In this document: positions 1-13,476 of the stretch, piece after piece
How the letters are laid out: each line of letters opens with the position of its first letter
Numbering within the stretch: position 1 is the stretch's first letter
Assembly: GCA_040437565.1 (NCBI GenBank)
Contig: JBDOQK010000006.1
Span: forward strand, 1 to 64,000
Origin: Albugo candida
Taxonomy: Eukaryota
Direction: 5' to 3'
Length of the DNA: 64,000 bases
Translations under genes and position numbers: made by a program
The notes under the pieces: model-generated
What the model was told of the DNA's origin: nothing
Seen by the model: the letters and a program-made list of their open reading frames with translations, nothing else
The model's database searches: none

Positions 1-87
1 TATGTGTACCACCTTACTTGAAAAGAGAGTGAATTTAACCAAAAAGGGAGTGAATATAACGATACCACTTCCCTAGATTTAAAGTAA

Positions 88-694
88 GTGAGTTATTAGA
101 CAGCCTTTCATTATAGTAATATTATTGATGATTTCTAGTTCTCTACTAGATTTTAAAAAATAGAAAAAGTGCACGCGGTTTTCTTCATGCAGTAATTATA
201 ATGGGCATAGTGAGTTATTAGACTGCTTTTTATTATAATAATATTACTGATTATTTCTAATTTACTACTAGATTTGAAGAAAGGGAGTTATTAGACTGCT
301 TTTTATTAGAATAATATTACTGATGATTTCTAGTTCTCTACTAGATTTTGAAAAACAGAAAAAGCGCAAGAAGTGCACGGGGTTTTCTTCATGCAGTATT
401 TATCATGCGCATAGTAAGTTATTAGACTGCTTCTTATCATAGTAGTATAACTGATTATTCGAGTTCTCTACTAGATTCAAAATAAAGAAAAAGTTCAGAT
501 GGTTTTTAATCTATCTCGTATATGATTGGATGAAATAGTTACATGTACTCAGTGAGTAGTGCGTTAATAGACAGCTTTTCATTATTGTAATAGTGTTGAT
601 TTTTTCTACTAGATTTGAAATATAGAAAAAGATCAGATGGTATATTCTATTCCGTGTATGATTGAATGATATATTCACGTGTGCCTTGTGAGTT
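88..694. repeat. Degenerate tandem (minisatellite-like) array, 5 units of ~73-145 bp with a shared ~55-60 bp core
   Basis: Core GTGAGTTATTAGAC...CTACTAGATT recurs at ~88, 210, 283, 414 and 559. The tails of units 1/3 (GTGCAC..GGTTTTCTTCATGCAGT) and of units 4/5 (CAGATGGT..GTAT..GATTG) are shared pairwise. Confidence 0.85.
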
Positions 695-2085
695 GATGGA
701 TCTTATAGACAACGAAGTTTCGAGCGCATCTTGCATTGACGGTCGATGTATTGACTTTTATAAAATTTAGACATACATACGTAGTGTTTTAGAAATTGAA
801 ACAAATACACGCTGTTCTTCCATTCGACCCAAACGTGTCTAGTTGCTCTCCGAGTTGCACTTAATGTACTCATCAGGCGACAAGAGAAATCGGTCTCGCT
901 AATTGCATAATTGGTTTGGAAATTGAGTAGTTTTCTGCAAAGCATTCGTCTCCGATACGATTTGATCGTTTTTTCACGTTAGTGAGTTAAAAGGATTGCT
1001 TCGGAGCGAAATTTTCATTACCTCTTGGTCTGACATGTCAGTTTTCTTTCTGACGTCTGATAATTGTCGTTTCACAACATTGATCCATTCTGTGACTTGT
1101 CTTGGAAAGCATCTCTGCTGCTGTCGCAAAGCTTCTAGTGCGCGTTGGAGCTCTATTGAAGTCGCTTGACTCGCACTTCCTTAGTCGCTTCTGATGGAAC
1201 TTGCTCCATTAGCTGATACTGTTTCCTCTTCTTCATGTCGCCATCTGCATGACTTTCATTTCCGAATCCATTTTCTCTCGTTCCATAGGTTCGAATTGAG
1301 CCTGTTATCGCTCGCAATCATTGGTGTGTGAACGTAGCTCTTCAGTTCTTGACGACACGCTTTTGATTGTGCTGTGATATTGAAAATTTCAGAGGAGGAG
1401 GCTACGCTACAACCATATAGTTGGAGGAGATCCTACGAGATGCTTGTATCTTCCGAGTCTCTAGTGTCGTCAATAAGCGCTCTATCTTTTTGACCTGCAC
1501 AAGTTCCTTTAAAATCACTTCAGCTGGAGCGTCGACTTCGAAGTTGAGAGACTGGCTTCTTTCTCTCTATCGGTTTTCTTCTAGTCATGACCGATAACTA
1601 AATCGTGAAAAAGGTCAAGCTCAAGCAGATGAGTGCGTACTTGCTCATTTAAAAACTCCAATGATGTCGATTGATCCTTTTCTTGCTTTAATTGAGCTTT
1701 TAACATCACGTTTGCCTTTCCGATATATTTGCATATGATCATCAAAATGACGGCGCTTTGAGATACTGAGACAGCTTGCTCGTTTCAGTCACTCATCTTG
1801 GTCTATTTCTTCATTTTCTTGATCTTCTTATTCACCTTCTGTTACCGTACTTTTTCATTCATACTTCAACCTAGGAATCTTTTTTATTATAAACCTGTTG
1901 TCCCCATCCATGATGTCGGAAGTTGTCTTCATTGTACTAATACGAACTGTGTCACGTTACCCAATAGCACCCCTTGCTTTATGAACAGTTTGGACCGTAT
2001 GTTGTGATGAGGCATTCACTCGTTTTTGGTGTTTTGATCTTGTTTAATTGGTTGGCCTGTTTCGTCAATAATTGTGGTCACATTA

Positions 2086-3369
2086 AAAAAAAGTGCAAAA
2101 TGGTTGTCAATGACCCCAACAGTGCTTTTTCATCTAAATCAGAATCTGATTGGCGGTTTGATGCAGTCTTTCGTCTGACTTTCTGGGTTCCAAAAGGTTA
2201 AGCATCTTATCAAATGAAGCAGTAGAAATCGCATTTTAGCTTTTCTTTTTTTCATTCACGATGCACCGAGGCAACAGCAAATTTTTCCTCTTATTCTCAC
2301 CAAACGCTCGTGTCGGTCACTACACATAAAATGAAGCACGATTTTCCCGATCACTTTGGATGCGTATCGAATTGGACGCATTTGACACCATCAGCAGGCT
2401 TTAATAACGTGATGTGTTTTTAGGACATTGTCTGATCTATTTTTACCAACGAGTGTAAAAACGTCCATTTCCTTACTGTACAATAGCCTACAAAAAGTAT
2501 GCGTTATTTTTCATATGACGGTTAAAGTATCGCTTTAACCTTAACAAAGTAATAATTTTTTTTATGATCAAAGAGCCGCAATAATATTAAAAAACTGCTC
2601 AAAGCTGACAATGAAGTCTATTAGAAGTCGTTGATACAGTATTTATATTCAGGAATTGCACTGTTCAACTCAAATGTNNNNNNNNNNNNNNNNNNNNNNN
2701 NNNNNNNNNNNNNNNNNNNNNNNNNNNNNNNNNNNNNNNNNNNNNNNNNNNNNNNNNNNNNNNNNNNNNNNNNNNNNAAAAAAAGTGCAAAATGGTTGTC
2801 AATGACCCCAACAGTGCTTTTTCATCTAAATCAGAATCTGATTGGCGGTTTGATGCAGTCTTTCGTCTGACTTTCTGGGTTCCAAAAGGTTAAGCATCTT
2901 ATCAAATGAAGCAGTAGAAATCGCATTTTAGCTTTTCTTTTTTTCATTCACGATGCACCGAGGCAACAGCAAATTTTTCCTCTTATTCTCACCAAACGCT
3001 CGTGTCGGTCACTACACATAAAATGAAGCACGATTTTCCCGATCACTTTGGATGCGTATCGAATTGGACGCATTTGACACCATCAGCAGGCTTTAATAAC
3101 GTGATGTGTTTTTAGGACATTGTCTGATCTATTTTTACCAACGAGTGTAAAAACGTCCATTTCCTTACTGTACAATAGCCTACAAAAAGTATGCGTTATT
3201 TTTCATATGACGGTTAAAGTATCGCTTTAACCTTAACAAAGTAATAATTTTTTTTATGATCAAAGAGCCGCAATAATATTAAAAAACTGCTCAAAGCTGA
3301 CAATGAAGTCTATTAGAAGTCGTTGATACAGTATTTATATTCAGGAATTGCACTGTTCAACTCAAATGT
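2086..3369. repeat. Exact 592-bp duplication across a scaffold gap (contig-overlap artefact)
   Basis: 2086-2677 reads identical to 2778-3369, separated only by the 100-N gap. Confidence 0.9.
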
Positions 3370-4520
3370 GAAGCCATTGGGGAAGGTTCACCAGCGAGTT
3401 GCTCCACCCTTGGCAGCGAGAACAGCAGCAATTCGCCTTGGCATTGACTCTACTAGGCATTAAAGCATCTCAAGAGATACCTTGCCGTATTCTTCACCAA
3501 GTATGGTAGCCATTTCTTCAACGTTTCTTGGCCTGTCGCGGTTCTGGACGGCATCTTTAAGAATCTTTCACAGCTTTTCGATGGTGTTGAGATCAGGATT
3601 TTGGGCAGGCCATTCTAGCTTTGCAAGCAACCGCTTATCACGCCATGTCTTTTGCTACACTACTAAGGTGGATTGACACACCATCCTCCTAAAGAATTAG
3701 GTTTTTTTGCATCCTGGTCGTCCATCCATGGTCCAAGAGAAGCGTCATAGCTCAGATTGACAAAGTCGATGGCAGTGCAATGTTGGGGTGGCATGATGAC
3801 CATCTGTAGAATCCTCTCACCAGCAAAAGCATCCCAGATCGTCACCCAGGACCGTTCACTTTTAAGTACTGGCGCCAAACACTCAAAATTGAACTTTACA
3901 TCCACGCGACGCCACACAACAACCTGACGAGAATTCTCGCCAATCTTGAAGGTGGACTCGTCGGTCCAAAGAACCTTCTTCCAGTCCTCTACTGTCCAAT
4001 TTCTGTATTTCCGAGCAAACTTCAATCTCTCAACCTTGTGCTTATCCGTCGAAAGAGGCTTCATGGCGTCAATGCGGCTCTTGAAGCCCATTTCATGGAG
4101 GGCGCTACGGACTGTGCCTGGCGGTGCCGGAGTATTCGCATTGTTCGAGATTTCTTCTAGTGGCGCCGGCCGGTTTTACATCACAGTGCGCCCAATAGAC
4201 CTGGGGTCCTTTTCTGAGATCTTTGGTGGTCTTACTCTTTGACTTGGTACCCTCCACCGTACCCCTTTTACGCCAGTTCGGTAGCACTGTCAAAATGGTT
4301 GACTGGGTGAACACTGTTTGGGCAGTGATTTACCGCTGCTTCAAGCCTGACTGATGCAATACGACAATGGTAGCTTTCTCATCAGTGCTTAAACAACGTG
4401 TCTTCATATTTCACAAATGGTTTGATGTTGGAAACACAAAGTAATATGGCTGGATAGTCCTCTTATCTTATTTTTTGTGGTGTGGCTTTAGAGAAATTAC
4501 GTAAACTTTGTAGGCTACTG
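3173..4520 (-). mobile_element. Tc1/mariner (DD34E) DNA transposon, full length, inactive
   Basis: Imperfect terminal inverted repeats (TIRs) CAATAGCCTACAAAAAGTATGCGTTATTTTTC (3173) and reverse-complement CAGTAGCCTACAAAGTTTACGTAATTTCTC (ends 4520). TA flanks both sides (3171-3172, 4521-4522). About 1.35 kb with an internal transposase. Confidence 0.92.
3388..4407 (-). pseudogene. Tc1-like transposase pseudogene
   Basis: N-terminal HTH region MKTRCLSTDEKATIVVLHQSGLKQR*. Then RLKFARKYRNWTVEDWKKVLWTDES, EDGVSIH, WPAQNPDLNTIE and C-terminal SMPRRIAAVLAAKGGATRW*. 34 residues lie between the second D and E after correcting one frameshift. Several stops and frameshifts. Confidence 0.92.
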
Positions 4521-7500
4521 TACATCTTCACAGAGTAAGACACTAGAGCTCAGTGCGCATTCATTGAATCGTCGTATCGCTAATCACAATCTGGGAGGTT
4601 GTTCCTTGAAACGCCGTAAGTATCTTTATACGTTTGTAGTCAGCCTCTAAATCGATCAGGAGGGCATTTTTTGGAGTCTCCACGAAGAGGCTGCGTGGCA
4701 TCTTCCTAGATACATTTGAAGAAGCAGATTTCTAGAAAGGAGGGGTCTTTTTGATGAGAGGAATCTACTTTGCGTCTTCACCTGCTCCAAATCATAGGTG
4801 CGATTAAAGAAAGTGTGCTAACCAAGGGCATACGGCGAACATACATTCACACTGATGAAGAATGATATCCCGATTCCAGCTTCTACGTAATGATCAGTTT
4901 TATTCATGCTGCTTGGGGTCTCATCACAAGGAATATCTTTTTAGTTAACTACCTTCCTTATCCTATTTTTAGCCTTAGGCATTATGAATGTAACTTAAGT
5001 CTCACTTCAAAAGTAGGAAATGTTTTATTTTGCAAACTCTTGAGTGGATAGGATCAAATCGCTGCCCACAATATCGGGAATCAAACCAGCACCCTCCGAT
5101 GGGGAAATCCTCTTGTTCGACCGTTGGAGCTGGGACGTACACTGGTCCATATTTCTTGATTTAGGACCTACGGCTGCTGTCAGGTCTTTGACGCAAGTTT
5201 ACAATTGAAACGGCTAACAATAGTAAAGGCACCGATTGTGGTATCGGAAAGGATATTCGCCCTGCCATTTTTAGCCAAAACACGGGGGAAACATGGAACA
5301 AAATATCGCTGAATTTTTTCTCTCGTCTCGACATCGATCAACACTCTCCACCACAATTCCCGCAACCATACCATCCCTTCTTGCAGATGGAAAATAAAAC
5401 AGCTCCGGTAGGACCATCATAGATAGTGGATTGAGGTGAGAATATAATCATGCGGCGTATTTGTTGGATTGGTAAGCGTCTATATGTTGATCTAGTTCGA
5501 CACATGCTTTTAAGAATAGGACCTCGTGCTTTATTTGATTTGGCAACTAGTCATGTGCTCGCATCTATATATGGAGATGGAAATAGCAGGACTAAATAGG
5601 TTGACAACCCGGTGCACGAAAGCCGCTTTGAAGTTGTTCGCGTCAGAACATGGATGCCAAACATGGTGGTCACTTCAAACAAGCCCGAACAATTTGATCA
5701 GAAACGTAACACGACGGTAATACAGTGGAGAGGCTAATCAGTGTTGTTGAGTCTGAAGATTTCAAGAAATAATATTCTAAAAGCTCTCTATACTCCCTCT
5801 TGTCGACAGACGTGTTGTTCTCTACCGATGACCGATATGGCGTTTAATAAGTTCTTCAAATCACACATGCGCGCAGGCTAGTTTATTTCTGCAGAAGCCA
5901 AAAACAAACAAAAATAGCGACATTTTCCAATTCGATCAATATAAAAGGTGCGTTATTTGCGTGCATGGAATCAGATGATCGGACCCTGGACCAAGAAGAT
6001 CTCATTGTTACACATGGAATCATTTCAAGATTACTGTGAGATTCAATTGCACATGTCACTTCGACATCAATGACCCAAATCATTCGATCAAGTCGTGTAC
6101 CACGCTAAATATGGTATATAAAGTCATTGGAATTATCATTGACTTATTTAAGTTGGATTCCCTGCAAGGAAAGCAAATATTTCTGATGAATCGTCACTCA
6201 CCATAAATATTCCCCGATTTCACTATGGTGTCAACCTAAACGTTTTACTTTCAGAGACATCACATCCAAATTGGCTTTTCCGGATAAATACGCACGTTTT
6301 AAACTTCATCCTGACGCGCTCTATTTTTGTCGCCACGGAATGTTGTCGGAATTGCTTTGTGGTTCGTATACGTTCACAAAAGGCTTCATTTGTCTCGAAG
6401 ATCTTCCTGATAAAGTAGCATTTGATTGCTTTTGATTAGTAAGATATAGACGTCCCCGAACACAAAGCATCTCGGAATTCCAACGCATTTTTCCATTCAC
6501 CGCCGCGATTATTTGCGAGGTAGAAACTCTCTATTTTAGATTCATGATAGAACGTTAATAAATAAATGAAATTGCGCTATCGAATATGCAGCATGAATTA
6601 ACCATATCTGATTGCCACAGAGTATAAGCCTGAAGTATCCTGCAGAAGAGGCAAGACGCACCTACATAATTTCTTCCTGTGTTTATTTCGTTTGCCTAGT
6701 TTCACAAGCGCTTTTTAAAGATTTTTGAGAGAATAAAGAGGCCTGTCATCGATCGAGTTCTTTTTTTCCGAATTTATATAGGCATGACAATCGAGAAAGA
6801 AATGTTGATTAAATTCCACTGCACCACTCGAAGGCTGAGTGCACATTATAAGGTAGGGCTGTATACTTCTTAGAATCTAGAAACGAGATCGAAGTCGCAA
6901 CATCCAAAAGGCTAGACGTAACTGCAGATCGTCATAAACGGAAAGGAGAAGTTTTTTTCAACATACCGAGAAGCGAGTACAAATGGTAAAGCGAGGAGTT
7001 CCGAAGCTGGAAGTTGTTTTTGCAATCTCCGGTTATGTTGGAAGAGGTTTGCGCCTACCCAAAGTGAAAGCTTGACAGCTTTCTGCCTTCACATGTTTAA
7101 AAGAAGACTTTAGTAATATGCACACGGTCAAGTGCTAATGATAGAGAAAGAAGCCAGCTGGATAATAAGATAAACAGTATAATGTTATCGTTGTAACAAA
7201 CTACGCACTAGGGCCGCTACTTTATAGCAGTGACAAGTATTCCATATTTCGCATTATAAGAGCACTAAAATTATCTATTTGCAAGTAGGCCGAAATATTG
7301 AGTCGAAAGCATATCGTGATGTCTATTCGCTTATAATTCATAGATAGCTTCTTTTACGCATGCACCAGACAGCATCATATTATAGATCATATGTGAACAT
7401 AGAAAGAATGCTAGATTGGTACTTCCACATTTCTGCATTTTATATTTGTTTTCGTGACACTCAGCAACATTGTAGATGAGACGGAACTCATGTCGCATGG

Positions 7501-9341
7501 TACTCAACGAGACCACATGATACTTTCTTTATCTCAACTGATATTTCTTGTTGGGACATTCGCTCCCGAAAAAAATCGTTTGATTTTATCCTCTCTCCCA
7601 TATTATGAAAATTTGCAGCTAAAGATAATGAAGCTATTTATGTCTCTTCTCTACAAGACGAATCAATATCACTAATTGAACGCTGAGACGACCCAGTCTC
7701 GCTGTTTTCATTTAATGCTTGCAAGCAACTTCTTTGCTTTTACGGAAGTTCATCCGGCTGATCTTGATCGTAATCAACAAAATTGTCATCCCTTCTTGTC
7801 TTGCCATTTTCAGCTCTTTTTACTGACGAATGATGATTGGCCTTGTACAATTCCAAACAGTATATTTTTCAAACGACCTGCTGCTGTAGCGAAATCCATA
7901 GTGCTCGCTTCAGCTTGTCTTCGTTTCAGCAAGAACCGCTCGTGCTTGTTTAGATTCTGCTCAAGCTTATCTTCACAAAAATTTTCCATTCTTTCATACT
8001 ATTGACAATCCAGCGTGTCGCCGTCTTCCGCGACCTTCATTTTCAACGCTTTTTCCTCTCGTTCCTAATCTACAGATTCAAGCTGCAAAAGCCGCCGTTG
8101 ATTGATGCGCAAACTAAGCCACTTCACTTCCATTTCTTTATGTTTCCCCTACAAATAAAGTTACATCCTTGTCGATTAAAGGAGTACTTGATACGCCGCA
8201 ACCCTGTTTTTGAGATTATAGCTAATTCTTTTCTATATATCGATTCTCTATAGTTTTCTGTGAACACATACTACTCTTAGTTTGCTTCATTTCCTCTCCT
8301 CCAAATACGCTCCGTTTGGAGCTCCCCCGTTTTTGATGCGGGAGCTTACTGCCTCTTATGGATCCACTTTGCTTTCAATATGATGGACAGATGAAAAAGG
8401 CAATGGCCAAGATTCGGTAGGTGAGCTCATCCTTGCTCCTTTACTCAATTCAATAACGTTAACTGGTGCTTCTGTTGCCTGACTTGATCTTCCCACACTA
8501 CTCTTGGCTTTCGTGTATCTTTATATCTATTGTCAAAAAAACGGGTCTTTTGAGACTGAGAGATTGCTTGTTTCTGTATGGTGATGGAGATGGCCAGAAT
8601 GGTTATCTACTTGCCCCGCGTAATCTTGTTTCTCAGCTAAATATCAAAGTCGATCGTAGGAGTCCATTCATCAAAATTTTGGGTTCACGTGGGTTGCTCT
8701 TGATCGCTCTCTCCCTGAAGAATTTCGTATTTTCTATTGGCTCCAAATCTACTTTCATAGACGGTATCATTGTCCGTGTGGTCAACGTCATGTTACTGCG
8801 CTCTATCTTGTATTTGTTTCTTCATCAGAAGTGATCTGTACTTGGCCATCAGATGCCAAGCGCGACAAAGGGCTTCAATTTATTTGCCAATATCGACGAT
8901 TATGCTTTATAGATCACTATAAAGCCGAGTTCTCACTTAGCTGATATAGTACCAAGGAGAACATTTATCTTTCCCTAAATTTCTTTTAGATCACTATGTA
9001 TTTCTTAGAGGCGTGGGTTTCGCCTTTCCGATCGCTCAAGTGTTGATCTTTATTCGTGGCAATTAAATTCCTCTAGACCAAACCGATGTTGAATTGCTTT
9101 AATTAAAAAAGGGTGTCACGAAGTGTTTGGCAGAGATGCCATTGATTACAAATAAACGAACAACATAGATTTCTTGGAGTAGCGGAAACGCCAATGCACG
9201 TGCACACAATGGTGAAACAATGTGGTATTAATATCGAGACTCTCAGAAACTGAGTGTTGCATGTGCATGGTATAGTACAGGACTCAGCTAAATGCATGTC
9301 GGGCCGAAAAATATTCTTATCTCATGAAGCATAGATGTACA

Positions 9342-9635
9342 TTTTAGACGATACTTTTCGGACAGGTCGTCAAGGGCTTAAATTTCAACTACAAGACCCA
9401 ATACAGGTAAAGTCCGATCTTACCTGAGCGGCTGTTTGGTAATAATAATGTGTGGGACGAAGAGAGACGTTCGTCACATGGGAACAGACGTACGTCATGT
9501 GAAGGGTGACATAGTCAAGTTTCAAATGCCGTTTCACATGCATTTTGTAGTGTTGACAAACAAGGTTAATGGTAAATATACATTAATTTTACTTCTACCT
9601 CTATTGCAACAACTTCATACCAAATACATTCAGCA
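9342..9635 (+). repeat. 5' LTR of Copia element A
   Basis: Aligns end to end with 13182-13476 (TTAGACGAT...GAGCGGCTGTTTGGT...CCTCTATTGCA...ATACATTCA). Confidence 0.88.
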
Positions 9636-9647
9636 TGTTATGAGCCC
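9636..9647 (+). promoter_or_regulatory. Primer-binding site, half-tRNA(iMet) (Hemivirus) type
   Basis: TGTTATGAGCCC is 11/12 of GGTTATGAGCCC, complementary to the tRNA-iMet anticodon arm as in yeast Ty5. It sits directly after the LTR. Confidence 0.8.
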
Positions 9648-12600
9648 AAAAAAACGTGTTGGGGGTGTAACCCAACAAGCTGCACCCAGGGTGATGGTCA
9701 GAACACGACCAACGACCAACAATTGGCAGAAAATTCGGTATTGCCTGTTTCGGCACTTAACAAGGTACTCGCCATACTCGGTGACTTGTCGCAACGGATA
9801 TGTAGAATGGAATCCTCGCAGACCTGAAAAGTCAACCGACATCCCAAGGATCTGCGAAGTCAAGCTGTTTTGGTTCGGTTTAGGGATCAGGGGCACGTGT
9901 AAACCTCCAGAGTTTGAAGCATTTCCCTCCTCCCAAACCTTCAACGAATGTCTCGCTGGCCAACTATTTCGCCCGACGGCCAGCTTATGCTAAAGAGATG
10001 TTTTACCCACTGGCTTAGGTCGACGGAAACTATAAAATGGGTTAGAAATCTGACGCTGGCTTTCGTGGGCAGATTGCACCTGAAGTAGTGTACTCATGTA
10101 TGCGTATATCAGGTCCTTGATGTTACCAGCTTGTGCAGGTACCCGAAGGCGTGCCGGTTGGTGGCCAATGAACATTGGAGCTGCAATCTTCAGCTCTATC
10201 ATGGACTTGATAGTGGTCATGCGACAAAGGTTGCTCCAAATTCAGTACCAAGGGAGCACCTTCCCAGAGCATGACGTTATTTCTTGCGCCCAAATAATCG
10301 CAACGTAGCTGGACGGTATTTTTCTTGTATCTGACAGCTGTAAGTGACACGTGCGGAGACGCGGAAAGCTTTGTCTTGGAAAGCATTTTCCACTATTCTG
10401 ATACAACGATGCTCCCGACGATGTTGTCCCGTCTGGCCCTGAAGATAGTTCACAATATATGAAAGGGTGAACAGATAGCCCAATTTGCACGATCGACGGA
10501 TCTCGACACTCGAGCCAAACATTTCATCAGAGACGTAGTAAACGTCGTCGATCCGACGAAGAAATGAGGAAGTTTGAAAAGGTTAAGAAACGTCCTGATC
10601 ATAGAGTTTTGAAAAGGGGTATCAATGTGGCAACACTAGTCACGTCAAGGCAGTTTGCCAGAGGAAAGGCAAAAACGAGAAGACGAATATGCATTCTAAG
10701 TGTTAGAGATGGACGGTCTAGGTTAACCAGCAATTGGGTTCTGCACAGCAGCTCAAGACGAAATTTGTTCAATGACGTGAGCCTACTCGACGATGCGGTG
10801 GACTGCCACAAATGTTCACCACATCTTCTGATGGGAACCGTATAAGGATCACCAAACAACGAAGTGTGATGATCCGGGTCAAAGCACTTCGTAATATAAA
10901 GACCATCCGACTTCTGGATGCTCAATACTCATTCAATTTGGGGCTAAACATCATTTCCTTCAGTAGATCGGAAAAGAAAGGATGCGTTCTTGAGTAACGT
11001 GAAGTGAGGCGTGTTGTGGTCTCTAATCCTGGTGGCGCACTCATGATGTGCGTTGATCGTATCAGTGATGTGTAATTTTTTCAGTTCACGATGGTATTTC
11101 GATTGACGATTTTCGTGAATTTGATTCACCAAAGAAGGCAGTAATGACAATCTTGTATGGTGATGGACATGGACATAATACGGGTCTTCAGCATGAAAAC
11201 TTGTTACAGTTCCATCGTCGTTTGGGTCATCTGTGTTAAGTCAAAATCATCAAGATGGCCCGCGATCCCGCCTCTGGTATCAAACTGACTGATACGAGCC
11301 GTATCAACTGCTTGGCATGCGCTAATTTATTCAAATCGGACGTACAGTCACGCAAAAACAGAGGATCGAATTTTCCCATTAATGTAATCGGTGGTGTCAT
11401 CTGTACTGGCCTAAAAGCCACCATAACTCCCCTTGATCGACTAGGCAATAGTTATTTGATCAACTTGATCAATCAATGGTCAAACTATTGCCGAGTGTCC
11501 CTCGCGAAAACTAAAGATGTTGCTGCGATGAAGTTTAATCATTTACCGTATTCACTCTCTACGTACAGACGGTGGAGGCGAATACAAACTTCTAGACGTG
11601 TTTTGCAAGAAAAATGGTTTCATGTGACAATTGAGTGAAAAAGAACACCAGGCAAACAATTGAAAACTAAATGGATGCATCGCACCATCATGAACATGGT
11701 GCGAATCATGGCGTTCCAAGTGGGCTACCATTAAACATAAGGGGCGATTCTGATGAATACGCAGTCTACAACCTGATACGAAGTCCCACCAAGGAAATTG
11801 AAGATGGCAACTTAACTACCAAGATGCTGACTAAGAAACGACCCTGCACGGTGCACCTGAACACTAACAACAAATGCCTGGACGTGCTCGGAAAAGCGGC
11901 AATCATAATCGAAAAGGGACGATGAGATGAAGGGATATCGGGTCTCTATACCAAAAAATCGTGTAGTGGGGGTAATTCAGCATGTTCGGAATACTGAAAG
12001 CCTGATCGATATTAAAGCCAGTGAATTGGTGGAAGCTTTTTATGGGACTGAAAGTCATGAAGAGCTTTATGGCAACCATGTCAAGCGCTCAATAAAAAGA
12101 CAGTCGTCCGGATGGACACGTGACCGACACCTGGTCAAGACGCGATTGAGTTGATATGCCAAGTAATAAAAGTAACATTATTGAAGTTTTAAACGTTTTC
12201 AGCACTATCAGAGAGCCAGACCAAGAAAATACGGTGAGGTTAGGTAATACCAACTCTTTGAGATCCATCACACATTGACTTTCGCTGTGGTAATGCAACT
12301 TTGAGCCTTAAAGATGGTCTTTGTGCTCTCTCGTGGATGGAACGTGCTGGCAAGTCATGGTGACGTATCGGATGAATATTTTAGGGCTGAAATACGTTGA
12401 AATGTACATGATAGTGCCAAGCAGGATGCAAGTCGGTCAAGAGGAAACGCAAGGTTCAGAATTGTTGGTTGCGTCGTCCGAAGGAGGACTATCAAGCATC
12501 GAGGCGTTACAGTAACTTCTTTTGGATCACAGCATTCACTCGTCTTGATCTATTTTGCAGTAAACAGCTCAACCAGGAAGCCTCACAAAACGACGCTGAA

Positions 12601-13187
12601 GGGACTGGAAATGGCTAGGCGACTTGCGTGATATCAAGGAAACGACTCGGTGAAGTAATGCGTTGAAAAGTACAAACCAACCAGTGGACCCCATCAAGAT
12701 CGAAAGCTGGAGAGACGCGGACTTCGTCGCGGGCAAGTAGGATAGAAATTTAGTGTCAGGATGCGTGTTGACGTTAGACGGTGCAGTGGTATCGCGAACA
12801 TGCAAGAAGCATACTGTTGTCTCGCTTAGCACCATGGAAGCGAGGTTCATCGTTGCGTCGCGTGCTCGTCGTGGGCTTCTAGGTCTGAGAAGATTGTTTG
12901 ATAAACTGGACATGAAAGCTGCTGATCTGATTCTCATGTGGATGGACAGTAAAGCGGCGATCTAGAAATTGGAAAGCGAGAAGAGTACCTTAAACGCGAA
13001 ACATGTCGACATTCATTTCAAGTTTATCTATCACCACGCTCAACCTAATGTCGAGCAGCCAAGCTTTGCCAAGTCTGATGATATGATGGCAGATCTGTTG
13101 ACGAAGGCACAAGCGGCATCGACGATTATGGACCTGCGTGGGATGTTCAAGTTAAACGCCATCCAGGATGACCTCGAGGACTGTTAG
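9640..13187 (+). pseudogene. Copia gag-pol pseudogene (gag, protease, integrase, RNase H remnants; most of RT missing)
   Basis: gag-like FVLESIFHYSD..MLSRL..EQIAQFARS (~10370-10500). Protease-like NWVLHSSSRRNL. Integrase-like CLAC..GGVICTGLKATITPLDRLGNSYLINLI. RNase H SGCVLTLDGAVVSRTCKKHTVVSLSTMEARF and AKHVDIHFKF...MADLLTKA. Confidence 0.88.
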
Positions 13188-13476
13188 ACGATATCGTTTT
13201 CGTACAGGTCCTTAAGGGCTTGAGTTTCAACCACAGATTCATTAAAGGTAACTTCCGAATTCACCAGAGCGGCTGTTTGGTGACAAGATGACATATGGGA
13301 CTACGAGAGACGGTCCCACGTGGGACCGGACGGACGTCATGTGAAACGTGACGTATTCATTTTGTAAAGCCGTTACGCATGCATATTGTGGTGTTGAAAA
13401 ACAAGGTTGATGCTGAACACAAGTTACTTTAGCTTCTTCCTCTATTGCAGCAAGAGCATATCAGATACATTCAACG
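13182..13476 (+). repeat. 3' LTR of Copia element A
   Basis: Starts TGTTAGACG right after the pol end and a purine-rich remnant. Ends TTCAACG (CA>CG). Confidence 0.88.

Larger units (their letters stand above)
9342..13476 (+). mobile_element. Ty1/Copia LTR retrotransposon (element A), old and internally deleted
   Basis: Diverged ~295-bp LTRs at 9342-9635 and 13182-13476. PBS (T)GTTATGAGCCC follows the 5' LTR. Near-TSD GTACA/GTACC. Internal gag, protease, integrase and RNase H remnants. Confidence 0.9.

Noticed and set aside
88..694. CRISPR-like repeat/spacer pattern
   Set aside because: The repeats are long and degenerate, the 'spacers' are homologous to each other, no cas genes are present and the context is eukaryotic.
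2479..2512. Apparent extra Tc1 TIR or tandem duplication
   Set aside because: It lies in the exact 592-bp overlap across the N gap, so it is an assembly artefact.
9436..9993. 185-aa ORF and antisense ORFs as independent genes
   Set aside because: They start inside the Copia LTR or overlap decayed gag, so the element explains them.
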